A DNA stretch of 64,000 nt from an uncultured virus (IMG/VR IMGVR_UViG_2857251867_000002). Lineage: Duplodnaviria; Heunggongvirae; Uroviricota; Caudoviricetes. Each line of letters begins with the position of its first letter. Positions within the stretch are counted from its first letter, which is position 1. Below the pieces are notes generated by a model that was not told the origin of the DNA, searched no databases, and worked only from the letters and a program-made list of their open reading frames with translations. Positions 40,605 to 50,381 of this stretch are shown here, piece after piece. The stretch lies in IMG/VR virus record IMGVR_UViG_2857251867_000002; one strand, given 5' to 3'. A program made the translations under genes and the position numbers.

Positions 40605-41738
40605 TTAAACAGCAATAACTTGCCATTCTTTGCCTCTATCGTCGTGGTATTTATCAGTCATATTTTGTGTTTTATGCCCCAATAATTTTTGTGTATTAAT
40701 TCCTTGCTCACGATAAAGTCGTTCTGATAAAGAACGTTGTTCATGGAAAGTAGGTGCTGTGCCTTTTTCCCAAGTTAACCCACATTTATCTCGTGCTTTT
40801 TTAAATGTTGTGGTTAACGTATTTGGCGTGACTTGTTCACCTCGTTTCGCTTGTGCGGTGGTATGCCGATAATGCACGAGATATTTACTTACAACAGCAT
40901 CACGACATTGAGCAACAACCTCCCTTAATGAGAGGTTGATAGCCTCACATTTAAGCGAGAGAGGGATGGCTAACTTACTGCCCGTTTTTTCTTGCTGTAC
41001 ATGTAACATGTCATCCCAAATATCAGAGAATTTCATTTTACAGATATCACCGATCCGCTGACCTGTGGTTAAGGCGAGCAACATTCCACATTGCAAATAA
41101 GGAGGGTGATTTTTAGCTTGCTGATAAATAGTGCGCCATTCGTCCAATGTCATGCGTTCTCTTTTCACTCTGTTCCGTGGCTGTTTAGTTGCTTTCGCGG
41201 GATTGTAACCAGGCGGAACATAGCCTGCATGTTGAGCTTCTTTAAATACATCAATAAGCACCATGCGAACGACCTGAGCCATTCTTGAATGTCCTAATAC
41301 TTTGACGGAATCTATTATTTCAGCAATATCTAATGCGGTTATCTCTTTTAATATTTTCGTACCACAATACTGACGGAATAAATTAATAGGTTTCATCTTT
41401 TGTCGATAAGAATTAATTTTTAATTCACCGATATCTAATCTTTCTTTTTGAATATCTAAATATTTATCTATCCATATATCGACAGATATTTCAGACTTGC
41501 TTGTCTTAATTTTTGATAACCGTTCATTAATACTTAATAACTGTCGAGTATGTTGTTCAGCAATAATTGTATTGGCCTGAATGGCAGTTTCTCTCGCTTC
41601 CTGCTCGTCAGTGCCTAAGCTATGAAATTTACCAGTGATGGGGTGTTTATATTGCCAATAAATTTTGCCGTTACGTTTATCTAACTTTCGATATAGATTA
41701 GGGATGATAATTTTATGGGTTCGTGGTCGGGCAGCCAT
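40605..41738 (-). CDS. int: Phage tyrosine integrase
   Basis: Paralogue of 1..1131 with all catalytic motifs. Confidence 0.95.
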   Translation of the reverse strand: MAARPRTHKIIIPNLYRKLDKRNGKIYWQYKHPITGKFHSLGTDEQEARETAIQANTIIAEQHTRQLLSINERLSKIKTSKSEISVDIWIDKYLDIQKERLDIGELKINSYRQKMKPINLFRQYCGTKILKEITALDIAEIIDSVKVLGHSRMAQVVRMVLIDVFKEAQHAGYVPPGYNPAKATKQPRNRVKRERMTLDEWRTIYQQAKNHPPYLQCGMLLALTTGQRIGDICKMKFSDIWDDMLHVQQEKTGSKLAIPLSLKCEAINLSLREVVAQCRDAVVSKYLVHYRHTTAQAKRGEQVTPNTLTTTFKKARDKCGLTWEKGTAPTFHEQRSLSERLYREQGINTQKLLGHKTQNMTDKYHDDRGKEWQVIAV

Positions 41739-41964
41739 CTGTAATTATCCTCTTAAGTCGTTCCGTTGATTTAGTAGGAGTTTGGGGGAGAGATAGATAA
41801 CCCACATAACGAGCTTCTCTATCAACCATCCACTTGCGGCCAACTTTCATTGCGGGTGGTGCAATAAGGTTATTCTTTGCGTATTTTTGTAATACCGTCA
41901 TGCAAGGAGAGGCATCTCCAAATTCCAACCTTGCCCACGCTTCAAGAGTCACCATTCTTGACAT
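41713..41964 (-). CDS. xis: Excisionase
   Basis: MVTLEAWA...PPAMKVGRKWMV; overlaps int. Confidence 0.85.
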   Translation of the reverse strand: MSRMVTLEAWARLEFGDASPCMTVLQKYAKNNLIAPPAMKVGRKWMVDREARYVGYLSLPQTPTKSTERLKRIITDGCPTTNP

Positions 41965-42049
41965 ATTTTCTCTCCATACTGCCGTATACAGTTTAAATAG
42001 ACGTTAATTATGCTGGTGGTATTTATTTAAACTTTTTAGAACTGTTTAT

Positions 42050-42574
42050 TTAGCTCCTTTTACTTAATTCATTAAATCTACGTAAAAATAAAACTTTGGC
42101 TTGTAGTGGGGTTAATGGATTAACAATAAAATCACTCGTAGGAATACCTTCAAGCATTAGCCAATTACTACCCACATCAATTTCTAAATCTCGTTTTTCG
42201 GTTGCTAACATCATTAAGTCGGCTAAATGAACGGCGTTCGATATAACGGGTGGCAAGTTATATTTTTGACGAATAACAGCATCAATGCTTTTTTCTATCT
42301 CCTTATATTCAGGTAATAGCTTTTTAAGCGGTGATGGCAGATCTTTTACATAGGCCTCACTGGCATCATGAAGTAAGGCTTCTAAAGCATATTCAGGAGC
42401 AACTAAATAGCTGACATATACCGAGTGTTGAGCAACAGAATAGAAATTATCAATCTGCCCATTAAAGCGACATTCATTAGCTAAACCCGTCGCAATGTCT
42501 TGAATATCTATATCCTCGATCCGTACATCGAGGTAATAGAAGTGCTTATTCGTTGCAGTTGCAATATAAGACAT
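42050..42574 (-). CDS. HD-domain phosphohydrolase (YfdR/YfbR-like)
   Basis: YSVAQHS and ALLHDASEAY motifs. Confidence 0.88.
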   Translation of the reverse strand: MSYIATATNKHFYYLDVRIEDIDIQDIATGLANECRFNGQIDNFYSVAQHSVYVSYLVAPEYALEALLHDASEAYVKDLPSPLKKLLPEYKEIEKSIDAVIRQKYNLPPVISNAVHLADLMMLATEKRDLEIDVGSNWLMLEGIPTSDFIVNPLTPLQAKVLFLRRFNELSKRS

Positions 42575-42825
42575 TATTCTCTCCACATAATTTAAGTAAT
42601 AAAGATCCATCTCGAATTAATCGAGATTAAATTTCCCTGATATTGGTTAATGGTAAATTCAAATAAAGACTTATTTTTTATGTTTCAATTATTGAACTTG
42701 ATTATTGCTTACCTCAAGTTGTGGCGGTTTCTACTGTTTCCCAACAGACAGAAACTATTTCTCTTCACATGAAAATTTTTATTAAGGTGTTTTCACACAC
42801 ATAATTGAATTAGATATTAATCATA

Positions 42826-42908
42826 ATGTAACTCATCCTACACCGCACATTTAAAATGTAGGATAACCAACATTGGTGTGTCAAGTGTTTTTGTAGGAAA
42901 TCTTACAT
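42826..42908. promoter_or_regulatory. OL operators of prophage 2 (ATGTAGG-N4-CCTACAT)
   Basis: Three 18-bp imperfect palindromes at 42826, 42856 and 42891. Confidence 0.75.
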
Positions 42909-42969
42909 AGATATGTGATGGTAATAAAAAATCCTCCGAAGAGGATCCTTTTATCAATGAGATAGGAAA

Positions 42970-43617
42970 TTATGGTAAATGAGCTATTTTGGCATCCACA
43001 ACAACACCCACAATTTTACAATTTCCATTGATTGGTATTAAGCGGTATTGAGGGTTTAATGGTTTTAAGTAATGGTTGCCTGCATCCACAATGTACTGCT
43101 TAAATGTAACTTCATTTTCAGATTCTAATTTAGCGACAACTAGCTTGCCACTAACAACCTCTACTGCGGGATCTACTAATATAATCATCCCTTCAGGAAT
43201 ACTTAGTCCAGAAGGAGAGGTCATAGAATCTCCTTTTACTTCTAGCCAAAATGATTCTTCGGAACAATGCACAGTTGTCTCATACCATGTATCGATTGAT
43301 TTTCTATGATATGGCTCTACGGCCTCAGACCAATTCCCAGCGCTTACCCAGCTAATTAAAGGGTATTCACCACTAGATCTATTAAATTTTAAAAACGAAA
43401 CATTAGAAATAGGATCTTCTTTTCCATCAACAAGCCAAATAGGGCTTGTTTCAAGAGCACTCGCTAATGCTTGAAGATTAGCGCCATTGGGTTGATAGTC
43501 ACCTTTTTCCCAACCAGTAACAGTCACACGATTGACTCCAGCTTTTTTAGCTAGAGCCTGCTGTGTCATTTTCAGCTCAAGGCGTCTTTGTTTAATTCGT
43601 TCGCTCATTTCTTTCAT
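42970..43617 (-). CDS. cI: CI-like repressor (P22 c2-like)
   Basis: HTH; YPLISWVSAG and VKGDSM; start moved to MKEMSER. Confidence 0.92.
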   Translation of the reverse strand: MKEMSERIKQRRLELKMTQQALAKKAGVNRVTVTGWEKGDYQPNGANLQALASALETSPIWLVDGKEDPISNVSFLKFNRSSGEYPLISWVSAGNWSEAVEPYHRKSIDTWYETTVHCSEESFWLEVKGDSMTSPSGLSIPEGMIILVDPAVEVVSGKLVVAKLESENEVTFKQYIVDAGNHYLKPLNPQYRLIPINGNCKIVGVVVDAKIAHLP

Positions 43618-43681
43618 GTAGGAAAGCCTACCACATTCCAAATGTAAGAATCTTGACATTTAAATGTAAGATATCCTACAT
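43616..43681. promoter_or_regulatory. OR operators and PR of prophage 2
   Basis: Three 18-mers at 43616, 43642 and 43664; TTGACA at 43653. Confidence 0.75.
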
Positions 43682-43720
43682 TATATGCGTGTGAATTATT
43701 CACTTACCAAAGGATTACAA

Positions 43721-43915
43721 ATGAAGAAAAAAGATGTAATCACGTTTTTTGGTGGTACGTGTAAAACAGCAAAAGCCCTCGGTATTAAACATCCTTCGGT
43801 GTGTGGTTGGGGATATATCATTCCTAAAGTAAGGGCGTATGAAATAGAAAAAATCACCAAGGGAAAACTTAAATATAACCCTGAACTTTATAGAAAAAAT
43901 ACCAAAACAGCATAA
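43721..43915 (+). CDS. cro: Cro
   Basis: MKKKDVITFFGG..KTAKALGI...IP..RAYEIE.IT.GKLK. Confidence 0.88.
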   Translation: MKKKDVITFFGGTCKTAKALGIKHPSVCGWGYIIPKVRAYEIEKITKGKLKYNPELYRKNTKTA

Positions 43916-43952
43916 GGCAATTAACTACCAATAAAAGATAGAGCAGGTAGAT

Positions 43953-44429
43953 ATGAGCAAACATTCAATTAAAGAAGTTATTAAAGAAATGTGCAAAGCA
44001 CTGCCGGGTGGACGTTCTGCTATGGCAGGGGCTCTAGGTATGTCACTCGAGACGTTTAATAACAAGTTATACGAAAAAAATGGCTGTCGTTTCTTTGATA
44101 TTGATGAACAAGAAGCCATGGAAGATATTTCGGGCACTAAGTTGCTGGTGGAATATCACCTAGAACGTCATGGCATGAGTGCATTACCAAAAATAGAAGC
44201 AGAAAAGATAGATCAAGTAGAGCTATTTGATATGCGAATGACATTGGCTGCTATGCAAGGATCACTCGCCGTTTTAATTCAAGAAAGCCTTGTTGATGGT
44301 GTTTTAACGGATGAAGAAATAGGGCGTATTTATCGAAAAACAGGGAAAGTTTTTGCGTATGCAATTGGGTTCTTGGATTCACTGAAAGTGTTATACGGTG
44401 AAAAACAGGAAGCGACTAAGAAAGGGTGA
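43953..44429 (+). CDS. YmfL-family / CII-like regulator
   Basis: Paralogue of 7042. Confidence 0.8.
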   Translation: MSKHSIKEVIKEMCKALPGGRSAMAGALGMSLETFNNKLYEKNGCRFFDIDEQEAMEDISGTKLLVEYHLERHGMSALPKIEAEKIDQVELFDMRMTLAAMQGSLAVLIQESLVDGVLTDEEIGRIYRKTGKVFAYAIGFLDSLKVLYGEKQEATKKG

Positions 44430-44491
44430 AGCCAAAGGTATACGGCCTCTGGCTTCGGTTGCCAATTTCAATGATGTGAAGAGAAATAAGC

Positions 44492-44701
44492 ATGAGTAGA
44501 TTAGCGCATCTAATACCTAAAAAGCAATTTCGCTGTTTACCCTTAACTAAAGAGGGAACATTTCGCTATGTAGAAAGCATACCGAGTGACAATCGATCAC
44601 ACAACTACCGAAAAAATATCGATTTGGTAGATAAGAGGACACTGAAAAAGTCATGGGCTGATTTCTATTTCTTGAGTGGAGGAAAATGCAATGCGAAATG
44701 A
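44492..44701 (+). CDS. Conserved small phage protein
   Basis: Paralogue of 7589. Confidence 0.65.
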   Translation: MSRLAHLIPKKQFRCLPLTKEGTFRYVESIPSDNRSHNYRKNIDLVDKRTLKKSWADFYFLSGGKCNAK

Positions 44702-44870
44702 AGATCCCAATCGTCTTGATCGCTATTACAGAAACCCTCGAGGGCTCCTTGTTCATGTCATTCGTTATGATCGAGAAAAACAGCGCGTTATTTTTATGAT
44801 TGATGGTTGTGAATACGAACAATGCGAGCCAGTTCAAAGATTTAAAGAGAGATATACTCGAGTTAAGTGA
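44691..44870 (+). CDS. DUF4222-like protein
   Basis: Paralogue of 7788. Confidence 0.7.
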   Translation: MRNEDPNRLDRYYRNPRGLLVHVIRYDREKQRVIFMIDGCEYEQCEPVQRFKERYTRVK

Positions 44871-44878
44871 GGCCTCTT

Positions 44879-45943
44879 ATGAGTGTTAAATTATCTAGTT
44901 ATGTTTGGGATGGTTGCGCCCATGCAGGTTTAAAACTCACATCAGTCGCTATCATGGCAAGATTAGCTGATTTTTCTAATGATGAAGGCATTTGTTGGCC
45001 TTCTGTTGTGACAATTGCTCGTCAAATTGGTGCGGGTGAAAGCACGGTGCGCACAGCAATAAAACAGTTGGAAAAAGAAGGGTGGTTAACCAGCGAAAAG
45101 CGTAGAAAAGGCAATCGCAACGCAAGCAATATCTATCAGCTGAATGTAGAGAAACTATACCAATCAGCAAAGAAAGCACTTTCTCAACCAATAAAATCTG
45201 ACGCGTCAAAATCTGATGCATCAGGAGTTGACCCATCAAAATTTGTTGCATCAAATTCTGTTCCCTCAAAATCGAGCAAAAATAGGGATTTTGACCCGCC
45301 AGCTCCTGAGGGCGATCCATCAGTAACTTCAAAATATGATCCATCAATAAATCATTCTTCGTCGCAGAATTCTGGCGAATCCAGCGACCAGCCCAAAAAT
45401 GATTTTTTAACTCGTTATCCTGAAGCTGTGATTTACAGCGCCAACTTTCAAAAATGGGGCTCCGCTGACGATTTGAAGTGCGCTAAATGGTTATTCAGCC
45501 GTAAATGCGAAGTGTTTCAAGAGATGGGATTAAAAACGCCTAAAGAGCCAAATTTCACTGATTGGGCTAATGATATTCGCTTAATGGCAACGATTGATGG
45601 GCATACTCACAAAGAAATTTGTCAGTTCTATAAACGAATTACGCAAGATGATTTTTGGAAAAAGAATGTTCAGTGTCCTCGTACACTTAGGGCTCAATGG
45701 GATGATTTAACCTTACGTTTGGCGGGTAAGAAAAAAATCACCATCGACTCCGTAGAGCGTGATGAAACATTCCGGCTTATCTGGGGTACGGGTTGGAAAC
45801 CTAAAAATAAAATCCAAGAATTAGCCGCTATTCAGGCAAAGAAAAATGGTCTAGGCCGAATGAATGAGGTTGCAGGTTTAGCTGCGTGGCGAGGTATTTG
45901 GCAACAAGTTGCAGAACAAGTTGCTCAGGAAGTTTTGCTATAA
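44879..45943 (+). CDS. Replication initiator with N-terminal HTH
   Basis: ARLADFSNDEG.CWPSV HTH; internal iterons. Confidence 0.85.
   Translation: MSVKLSSYVWDGCAHAGLKLTSVAIMARLADFSNDEGICWPSVVTIARQIGAGESTVRTAIKQLEKEGWLTSEKRRKGNRNASNIYQLNVEKLYQSAKKALSQPIKSDASKSDASGVDPSKFVASNSVPSKSSKNRDFDPPAPEGDPSVTSKYDPSINHSSSQNSGESSDQPKNDFLTRYPEAVIYSANFQKWGSADDLKCAKWLFSRKCEVFQEMGLKTPKEPNFTDWANDIRLMATIDGHTHKEICQFYKRITQDDFWKKNVQCPRTLRAQWDDLTLRLAGKKKITIDSVERDETFRLIWGTGWKPKNKIQELAAIQAKKNGLGRMNEVAGLAAWRGIWQQVAEQVAQEVLL
45193..45346 (+). repeat. Putative origin iterons (15-bp period TCAAAATCTGA-like)
   Basis: Tandem imperfect repeats inside rep. Confidence 0.65.
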
Positions 45944-45964
45944 ACGAGAGTGGAGAAAAATAAC

Positions 45965-46771
45965 ATGAATGGACTAATTGTTATTGATGGTGTTCAAATT
46001 CGTCGAGATACCGCAGGGCGTTATTGTTTAAATGACCTTCATCGAGTCTCAGGTGGTGAAAAACGGCATCAACCTTCGAATTGGAGTGCTTTAACCCAAA
46101 CTAAAGAATTGATTGATGAAATTTCAACCGCTCCTGAGATCACAGGAGCGGTTCCCATTATGACCATTGTTGGTGGGCTTAACCAAGGAACGTATGTTTG
46201 CAAAGAATTAGTGTATGCCTATGCAATGTGGATAAGCCCATCATTTCATTTAAAAGTGATCCGTACTTTTGATGCATTGATAACACAGCAACACGACGAA
46301 AAGTTAGCCGATAAAGTTCAAGCTGGGGTTATATTGCTTGAATCGATGGCTAAGAGCCTAAATTTCTCAAACTCTTCAAAATTAGGGGCGTATCAAAAAT
46401 TACAAGCCATGGCAGGCTTACCCGAATTAGCCCCTGTGTATGCGATTGATGCGCCAAGTGGATCAATGGATGGTTCAAGTCGTCCAACAGTAGCTTTATC
46501 AACACTGATTAGAAAACACCAATTACCTGTTTCAGCGCAACAAGCTTATAAGCGGTTGGCTGATCTCAGTATTGTTGAACGTTTATCTCGTCCAAGTACG
46601 AAAACTGCCAACAAAATGAAAGAGTTCTGGTCAGTGACTGCCCGAGGCTGTCAGTTTGGGAAGAACATGACCAGCCCTAATAATCCTCGTGAAACCCAAC
46701 CCCATTTCTTTGAAAGTAAAACGGATGAATTGATCCGTATGGTGATGCTGAATAAGCAGGTGAGTGCATGA
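45965..46771 (+). CDS. KilA-N domain protein (antirepressor-like)
   Basis: GRYCLNDLH...GTYVCKELVYAYAMWISP. Confidence 0.88.
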   Translation: MNGLIVIDGVQIRRDTAGRYCLNDLHRVSGGEKRHQPSNWSALTQTKELIDEISTAPEITGAVPIMTIVGGLNQGTYVCKELVYAYAMWISPSFHLKVIRTFDALITQQHDEKLADKVQAGVILLESMAKSLNFSNSSKLGAYQKLQAMAGLPELAPVYAIDAPSGSMDGSSRPTVALSTLIRKHQLPVSAQQAYKRLADLSIVERLSRPSTKTANKMKEFWSVTARGCQFGKNMTSPNNPRETQPHFFESKTDELIRMVMLNKQVSA

Positions 46772-47793
46772 AATTATTGTTAACACCCTATATTCAGTCC
46801 GATCTTGGTGTTGTTTTATTGAAGCCTGAAGCGGAGTTGTTTGAGCAACTTAAACAACATTCTCGTGTGATTATTAGTGATGTACCAAAGAGTTTAAATA
46901 AATGGCCTTCTGGTGAATTAACAGGGAACGAACAGCCATTATTGAATAACAAGAGCATTGTTGATTTTTTGAATAATGAAAAAGTGATCCAAGCTATGGG
47001 CGGGCTGGTATCGATGAATATGTGGATAGGCAGGAATATCCATTGCTGCCAGATTAACGATAAGCATGACAGTTATCATCATCATGAATTAACAACCACA
47101 TGGCATAAAGACGGTGTGATACGAACCTGTTGGTACCATGATAATCATATTCGTAATTCATCGGCGGGGTGGGTTGCTGAGTTAGCGTATAAAAATCGTA
47201 TTGCTTGGATGATAGATACTATTCGCAGTCGTTTGAGATTAGATGATAGCCATTCGCTGACGATACCTGACTTTTTTGCTTTTGCCGTGATGCATAAACT
47301 GGTTAATGAATTACCTGATGCTATATTACGTCGTATTCTAAATTGGTCTGATAAACCTAAAGATCGTAGAGTGCATGGCGGTTTTCCTGAAGCTGATATT
47401 GTTCCCAATGAAGTAACAGCACTATCAGCAATGAATGCGCGTTTAGATGCCATAAAACCCGTTATTAATGTGACTGTCGATCCTGAACCTCCAGCCTCAT
47501 TTCTTCTTAAACCTAAAATGTGCCGTTGGGAGAATTCTCAATGGCTTCAATGGGTAAAAACACAGCCTTGTTGTGTTTGCGGACAACAAGCTGATGATCC
47601 GCATCATATTATCGGACATGGTATGGGAGGCATGGGAACGAAAGCTCATGATTTATTCACTATTCCATTATGTCGGCAACATCATGATGAGTTGCATCGT
47701 GATCCGAAATTGTGGGAAGCCAATTATGGTAACCAAATCGAATTGTTATTTTCTTTTTTAAACCGTTCATTAGGAATGGGGGCATTGGTTTAA
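46768..47793 (+). CDS. DUF968-family protein
   Basis: Paralogue of 11443. Confidence 0.85.
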   Translation: MKLLLTPYIQSDLGVVLLKPEAELFEQLKQHSRVIISDVPKSLNKWPSGELTGNEQPLLNNKSIVDFLNNEKVIQAMGGLVSMNMWIGRNIHCCQINDKHDSYHHHELTTTWHKDGVIRTCWYHDNHIRNSSAGWVAELAYKNRIAWMIDTIRSRLRLDDSHSLTIPDFFAFAVMHKLVNELPDAILRRILNWSDKPKDRRVHGGFPEADIVPNEVTALSAMNARLDAIKPVINVTVDPEPPASFLLKPKMCRWENSQWLQWVKTQPCCVCGQQADDPHHIIGHGMGGMGTKAHDLFTIPLCRQHHDELHRDPKLWEANYGNQIELLFSFLNRSLGMGALV

Positions 47794-47820
47794 CGTGTAT
47801 ACGGCACGGGGAGTATTAGT

Positions 47821-48219
47821 ATGAGAGATATGCAGGAAGTTTTATCACGTTGGGGTGCGTGGTCAGCTAATGAGGGAAATAGTATCGATTACTCATCAAT
47901 CGCTGCTGGTTTTAAAGGATTAATTCCAAGTTCAAGACGAAGCCGAGAGCAATGTTCAGATGATGATGGCTTGAAAATAAATAAAGCGGTATTACATTTA
48001 AAGGTAAATAATAGTTACTTGTTTCAATTGGTTATTATGTACTATGTGAAGAATTATCCTTTGCGTTCAATGGCTTCAAAACTTGGTATTTCGCATAATG
48101 AAGTGGCTAAGCGATTGCAGACAGCGGAAGGATTTATTGAAGGGTGTTTATCGGTTGATAACGTAAAATTAGATATGGATAAAATAATTAGAAAACACCA
48201 TATTTATAGTCTTGCGTAA
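47821..48219 (+). CDS. Q: Late antiterminator Q (short family)
   Basis: MRDMQEVLSRWGAW...CSDDDG...AEGFIEGCL. Confidence 0.9.
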   Translation: MRDMQEVLSRWGAWSANEGNSIDYSSIAAGFKGLIPSSRRSREQCSDDDGLKINKAVLHLKVNNSYLFQLVIMYYVKNYPLRSMASKLGISHNEVAKRLQTAEGFIEGCLSVDNVKLDMDKIIRKHHIYSLA

Positions 48220-48240
48220 TTACAAAACACAATATATTGT
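48212..48240 (+). promoter_or_regulatory. Putative late promoter PR'
   Basis: TTGCGT-N17-TATTGT at Q 3' end; hairpin plus T-run at ~48280-48312. Confidence 0.6.
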
Positions 48241-48559
48241 GTTAATAATGGTTTTGATGTTACACCTCTTATCAATTAAAAACCTCGTGAGTATAGTGGG
48301 GTTATGTTTTTTAGAGGCACACTTAAGCTGATTTATCGCTAAAAAATAAAGTTTGCTATCTGCATTTTTCTATGGCTTAATAGCGTCACTGGTTTGGAAG
48401 TACAGACCTATTTATGTTAATAAGTTTAAAGTTGTTCTCGTTTAGCGTTATCCTCGATACCTCTTCATTGTGAATTCCTTCTAATTAATACCCATAAGTA
48501 AAAATACAAAACAAACCGCATATGCCTTATGGCAAATTAAATAAATTAAAGGAAATTCT

Positions 48560-48772
48560 ATGTCTAATACAATGACTGGTACAGTAAAATGGTTCGATGA
48601 AGGTAAAGGTTTTGGTTTTATTACTCCAGCTGATGGCAGCAAAGATGTCTTCGTACATTTCTCTGCAATCCAAAGTGATAGCTTCAAAACATTAGCTGAA
48701 GGGCAACAAGTTTCATTCACCATGGAAAATGGTATGAAAGGCCCAGCAGCAGGCAACGTGGTGGCTCTCTAA
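48560..48772 (+). CDS. CspA-family cold shock protein
   Basis: GTVKWF..KGFGFI and DVFVHFSAI; long leader and cspA-like TTGCTA...GGCTTAAT promoter at ~48353-48381. Confidence 0.95.
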   Translation: MSNTMTGTVKWFDEGKGFGFITPADGSKDVFVHFSAIQSDSFKTLAEGQQVSFTMENGMKGPAAGNVVAL

Positions 48773-48779
48773 AGGCGCT

Positions 48780-48920
48780 ATTACTATTCGCCTCTATTTT
48801 AAATGCCCTTGTTGTAGCGGTTCACAATATAGAACATCACAATTCGATGTCACAGTGAACAATCCACACGGCGCAAAATGTATCTTTTGCAAAAGTGTGA
48901 TGACAGCTCAAATGAGTTAA
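48780..48920 (+). CDS. YmcF/YnfQ-like small cold-shock protein with ATT start (not in ORF track)
   Basis: FKCPCCSGSQYRTSQFDV..NPHGAKCIFCKS directly after csp. Confidence 0.75.
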   Translation: MTIRLYFKCPCCSGSQYRTSQFDVTVNNPHGAKCIFCKSVMTAQMS

Positions 48921-48941
48921 GCATTAAATAGTTGAATATAC

Positions 48942-48968
48942 AAAACCTCGCTTCGGCGGGGTTTTTTG
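48942..48968 (+). terminator. Intrinsic terminator
   Basis: Same hairpin as 13220. Confidence 0.85.
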
Positions 48969-49103
48969 CTATCTACAATCTCATATTGGTTAAAGATAAA
49001 AAATTTAGATTTTAGGGCTTGAAAAATACTTGCTCGTTCATATTTATATTTTGGGTAAATAAGATACCGCCCATAATTCACTAAATACTGAAGGAGGAGT
49101 TAT

Positions 49104-49562
49104 ATGCCTAACATTAAACCTTTTTCATTATTCCCAACATTATCTGACAACTTACTTTCAAATCGTTTTGATCAGATAGATCGCCTGTTTAGTCAGTTAA
49201 CAGGCAGTAAGCCAATAGCATCACCTATACAGACTTATAACCTGAAACAGATTGATGATAACCATTATGAACTGACAGTGAGTGTGCCTGGATATCAAGA
49301 AAATGACTTATCGGTTTCATTGAAAGGAAGTCGTTTATTGATTGAAGGGAAAAAAGAAGAAAAATCAGAAGAAGACAATGATAAATGGATCCACCGAGGC
49401 ATATCTCAAGGGCAATTTACATTGCAATTTGACCTCGGTAAAAATGTTAAAATAGAAAAAGCCGATTTATCAAGTGGACTTCTGACTATTGCTATTGAGT
49501 ATGAGTTACCGGAAGAAGAAAAACGGCAAACAATAGCGATAGAGAATAAAGACAAAAAATAA
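49104..49562 (+). CDS. Hsp20 small heat shock protein
   Basis: Alpha-crystallin domain (VPGY, WIHRGI, GLLTI); sigma32-like CTTGAAA at 49018. Confidence 0.92.
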   Translation: MPNIKPFSLFPTLSDNLLSNRFDQIDRLFSQLTGSKPIASPIQTYNLKQIDDNHYELTVSVPGYQENDLSVSLKGSRLLIEGKKEEKSEEDNDKWIHRGISQGQFTLQFDLGKNVKIEKADLSSGLLTIAIEYELPEEEKRQTIAIENKDKK

Positions 49563-49844
49563 TTGAGTTAGATAATGTGAATAAGATTAAGGCTACGCAT
49601 TGTGTGTAGCCTTAATTGTTTTTGTCTGAGGTTCTAAATTGTATTTGGCTAAATTTGAGTTAACAGGGTTAGTAGATAAAACACAATTAGATCTGAGTGA
49701 GGGTGGATATGTCAAGTATTAACACGAGCAGTAATACTCTTCGACTCTTGTCATATCACTTGTCATAATAGCTTCACGAAACCCAATAATTTAGGGGTCG
49801 AAATATTTCAATGTTATTAGATTTCATTATTTAAAGGACAAGTT

Positions 49845-50381
49845 ATGCTAATCATCTTCAGTGGTTTGCCTGGAAGCGGGAAAAGTACTATCGCTCAGGC
49901 TTTGGCAAAGCGGTTAAACGCTTTTTATTTGCGAATCGACACGATTGAGCAAGCCATACGCAAAGCCGATGAAGATGATCGCGAAATGGGTCCTGCTGGT
50001 TATTTTGTCGCTTACTCACTTGCCAGAGAGAATCTGCAATTAGGGGCGACAGTAATTGCTGACTCAGTGAATCCATTGGCGTTAACCCGTGATGCCTATC
50101 GAGATATAGCTTTATTTGCAAAAACTGGTTTTTTAGAAATTGAGATCGTGTGTTCCGATATAATTGAGCATCGTAAACGAGTTGAAACCAGAGTGTCTGA
50201 AGTCGAGGGATTAACCTTGCCTGACTGGAGAAATGTCACAAACTTGACTTATGAACCATGGAACAGAGAACACCTTATTTTAGACTCATACAGTTTATCC
50301 AGTGATGAATGTGTCTCACGGATCATCGAAATTCTTTCCCAATATCCGATACTTGATAAACTCTCCAACGGAAAAAGTTAG
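49845..50381 (+). CDS. P-loop kinase / AAA_33-like ATPase
   Basis: GLPGSGKST Walker A; VIADSVN. Confidence 0.85.
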   Translation: MLIIFSGLPGSGKSTIAQALAKRLNAFYLRIDTIEQAIRKADEDDREMGPAGYFVAYSLARENLQLGATVIADSVNPLALTRDAYRDIALFAKTGFLEIEIVCSDIIEHRKRVETRVSEVEGLTLPDWRNVTNLTYEPWNREHLILDSYSLSSDECVSRIIEILSQYPILDKLSNGKS

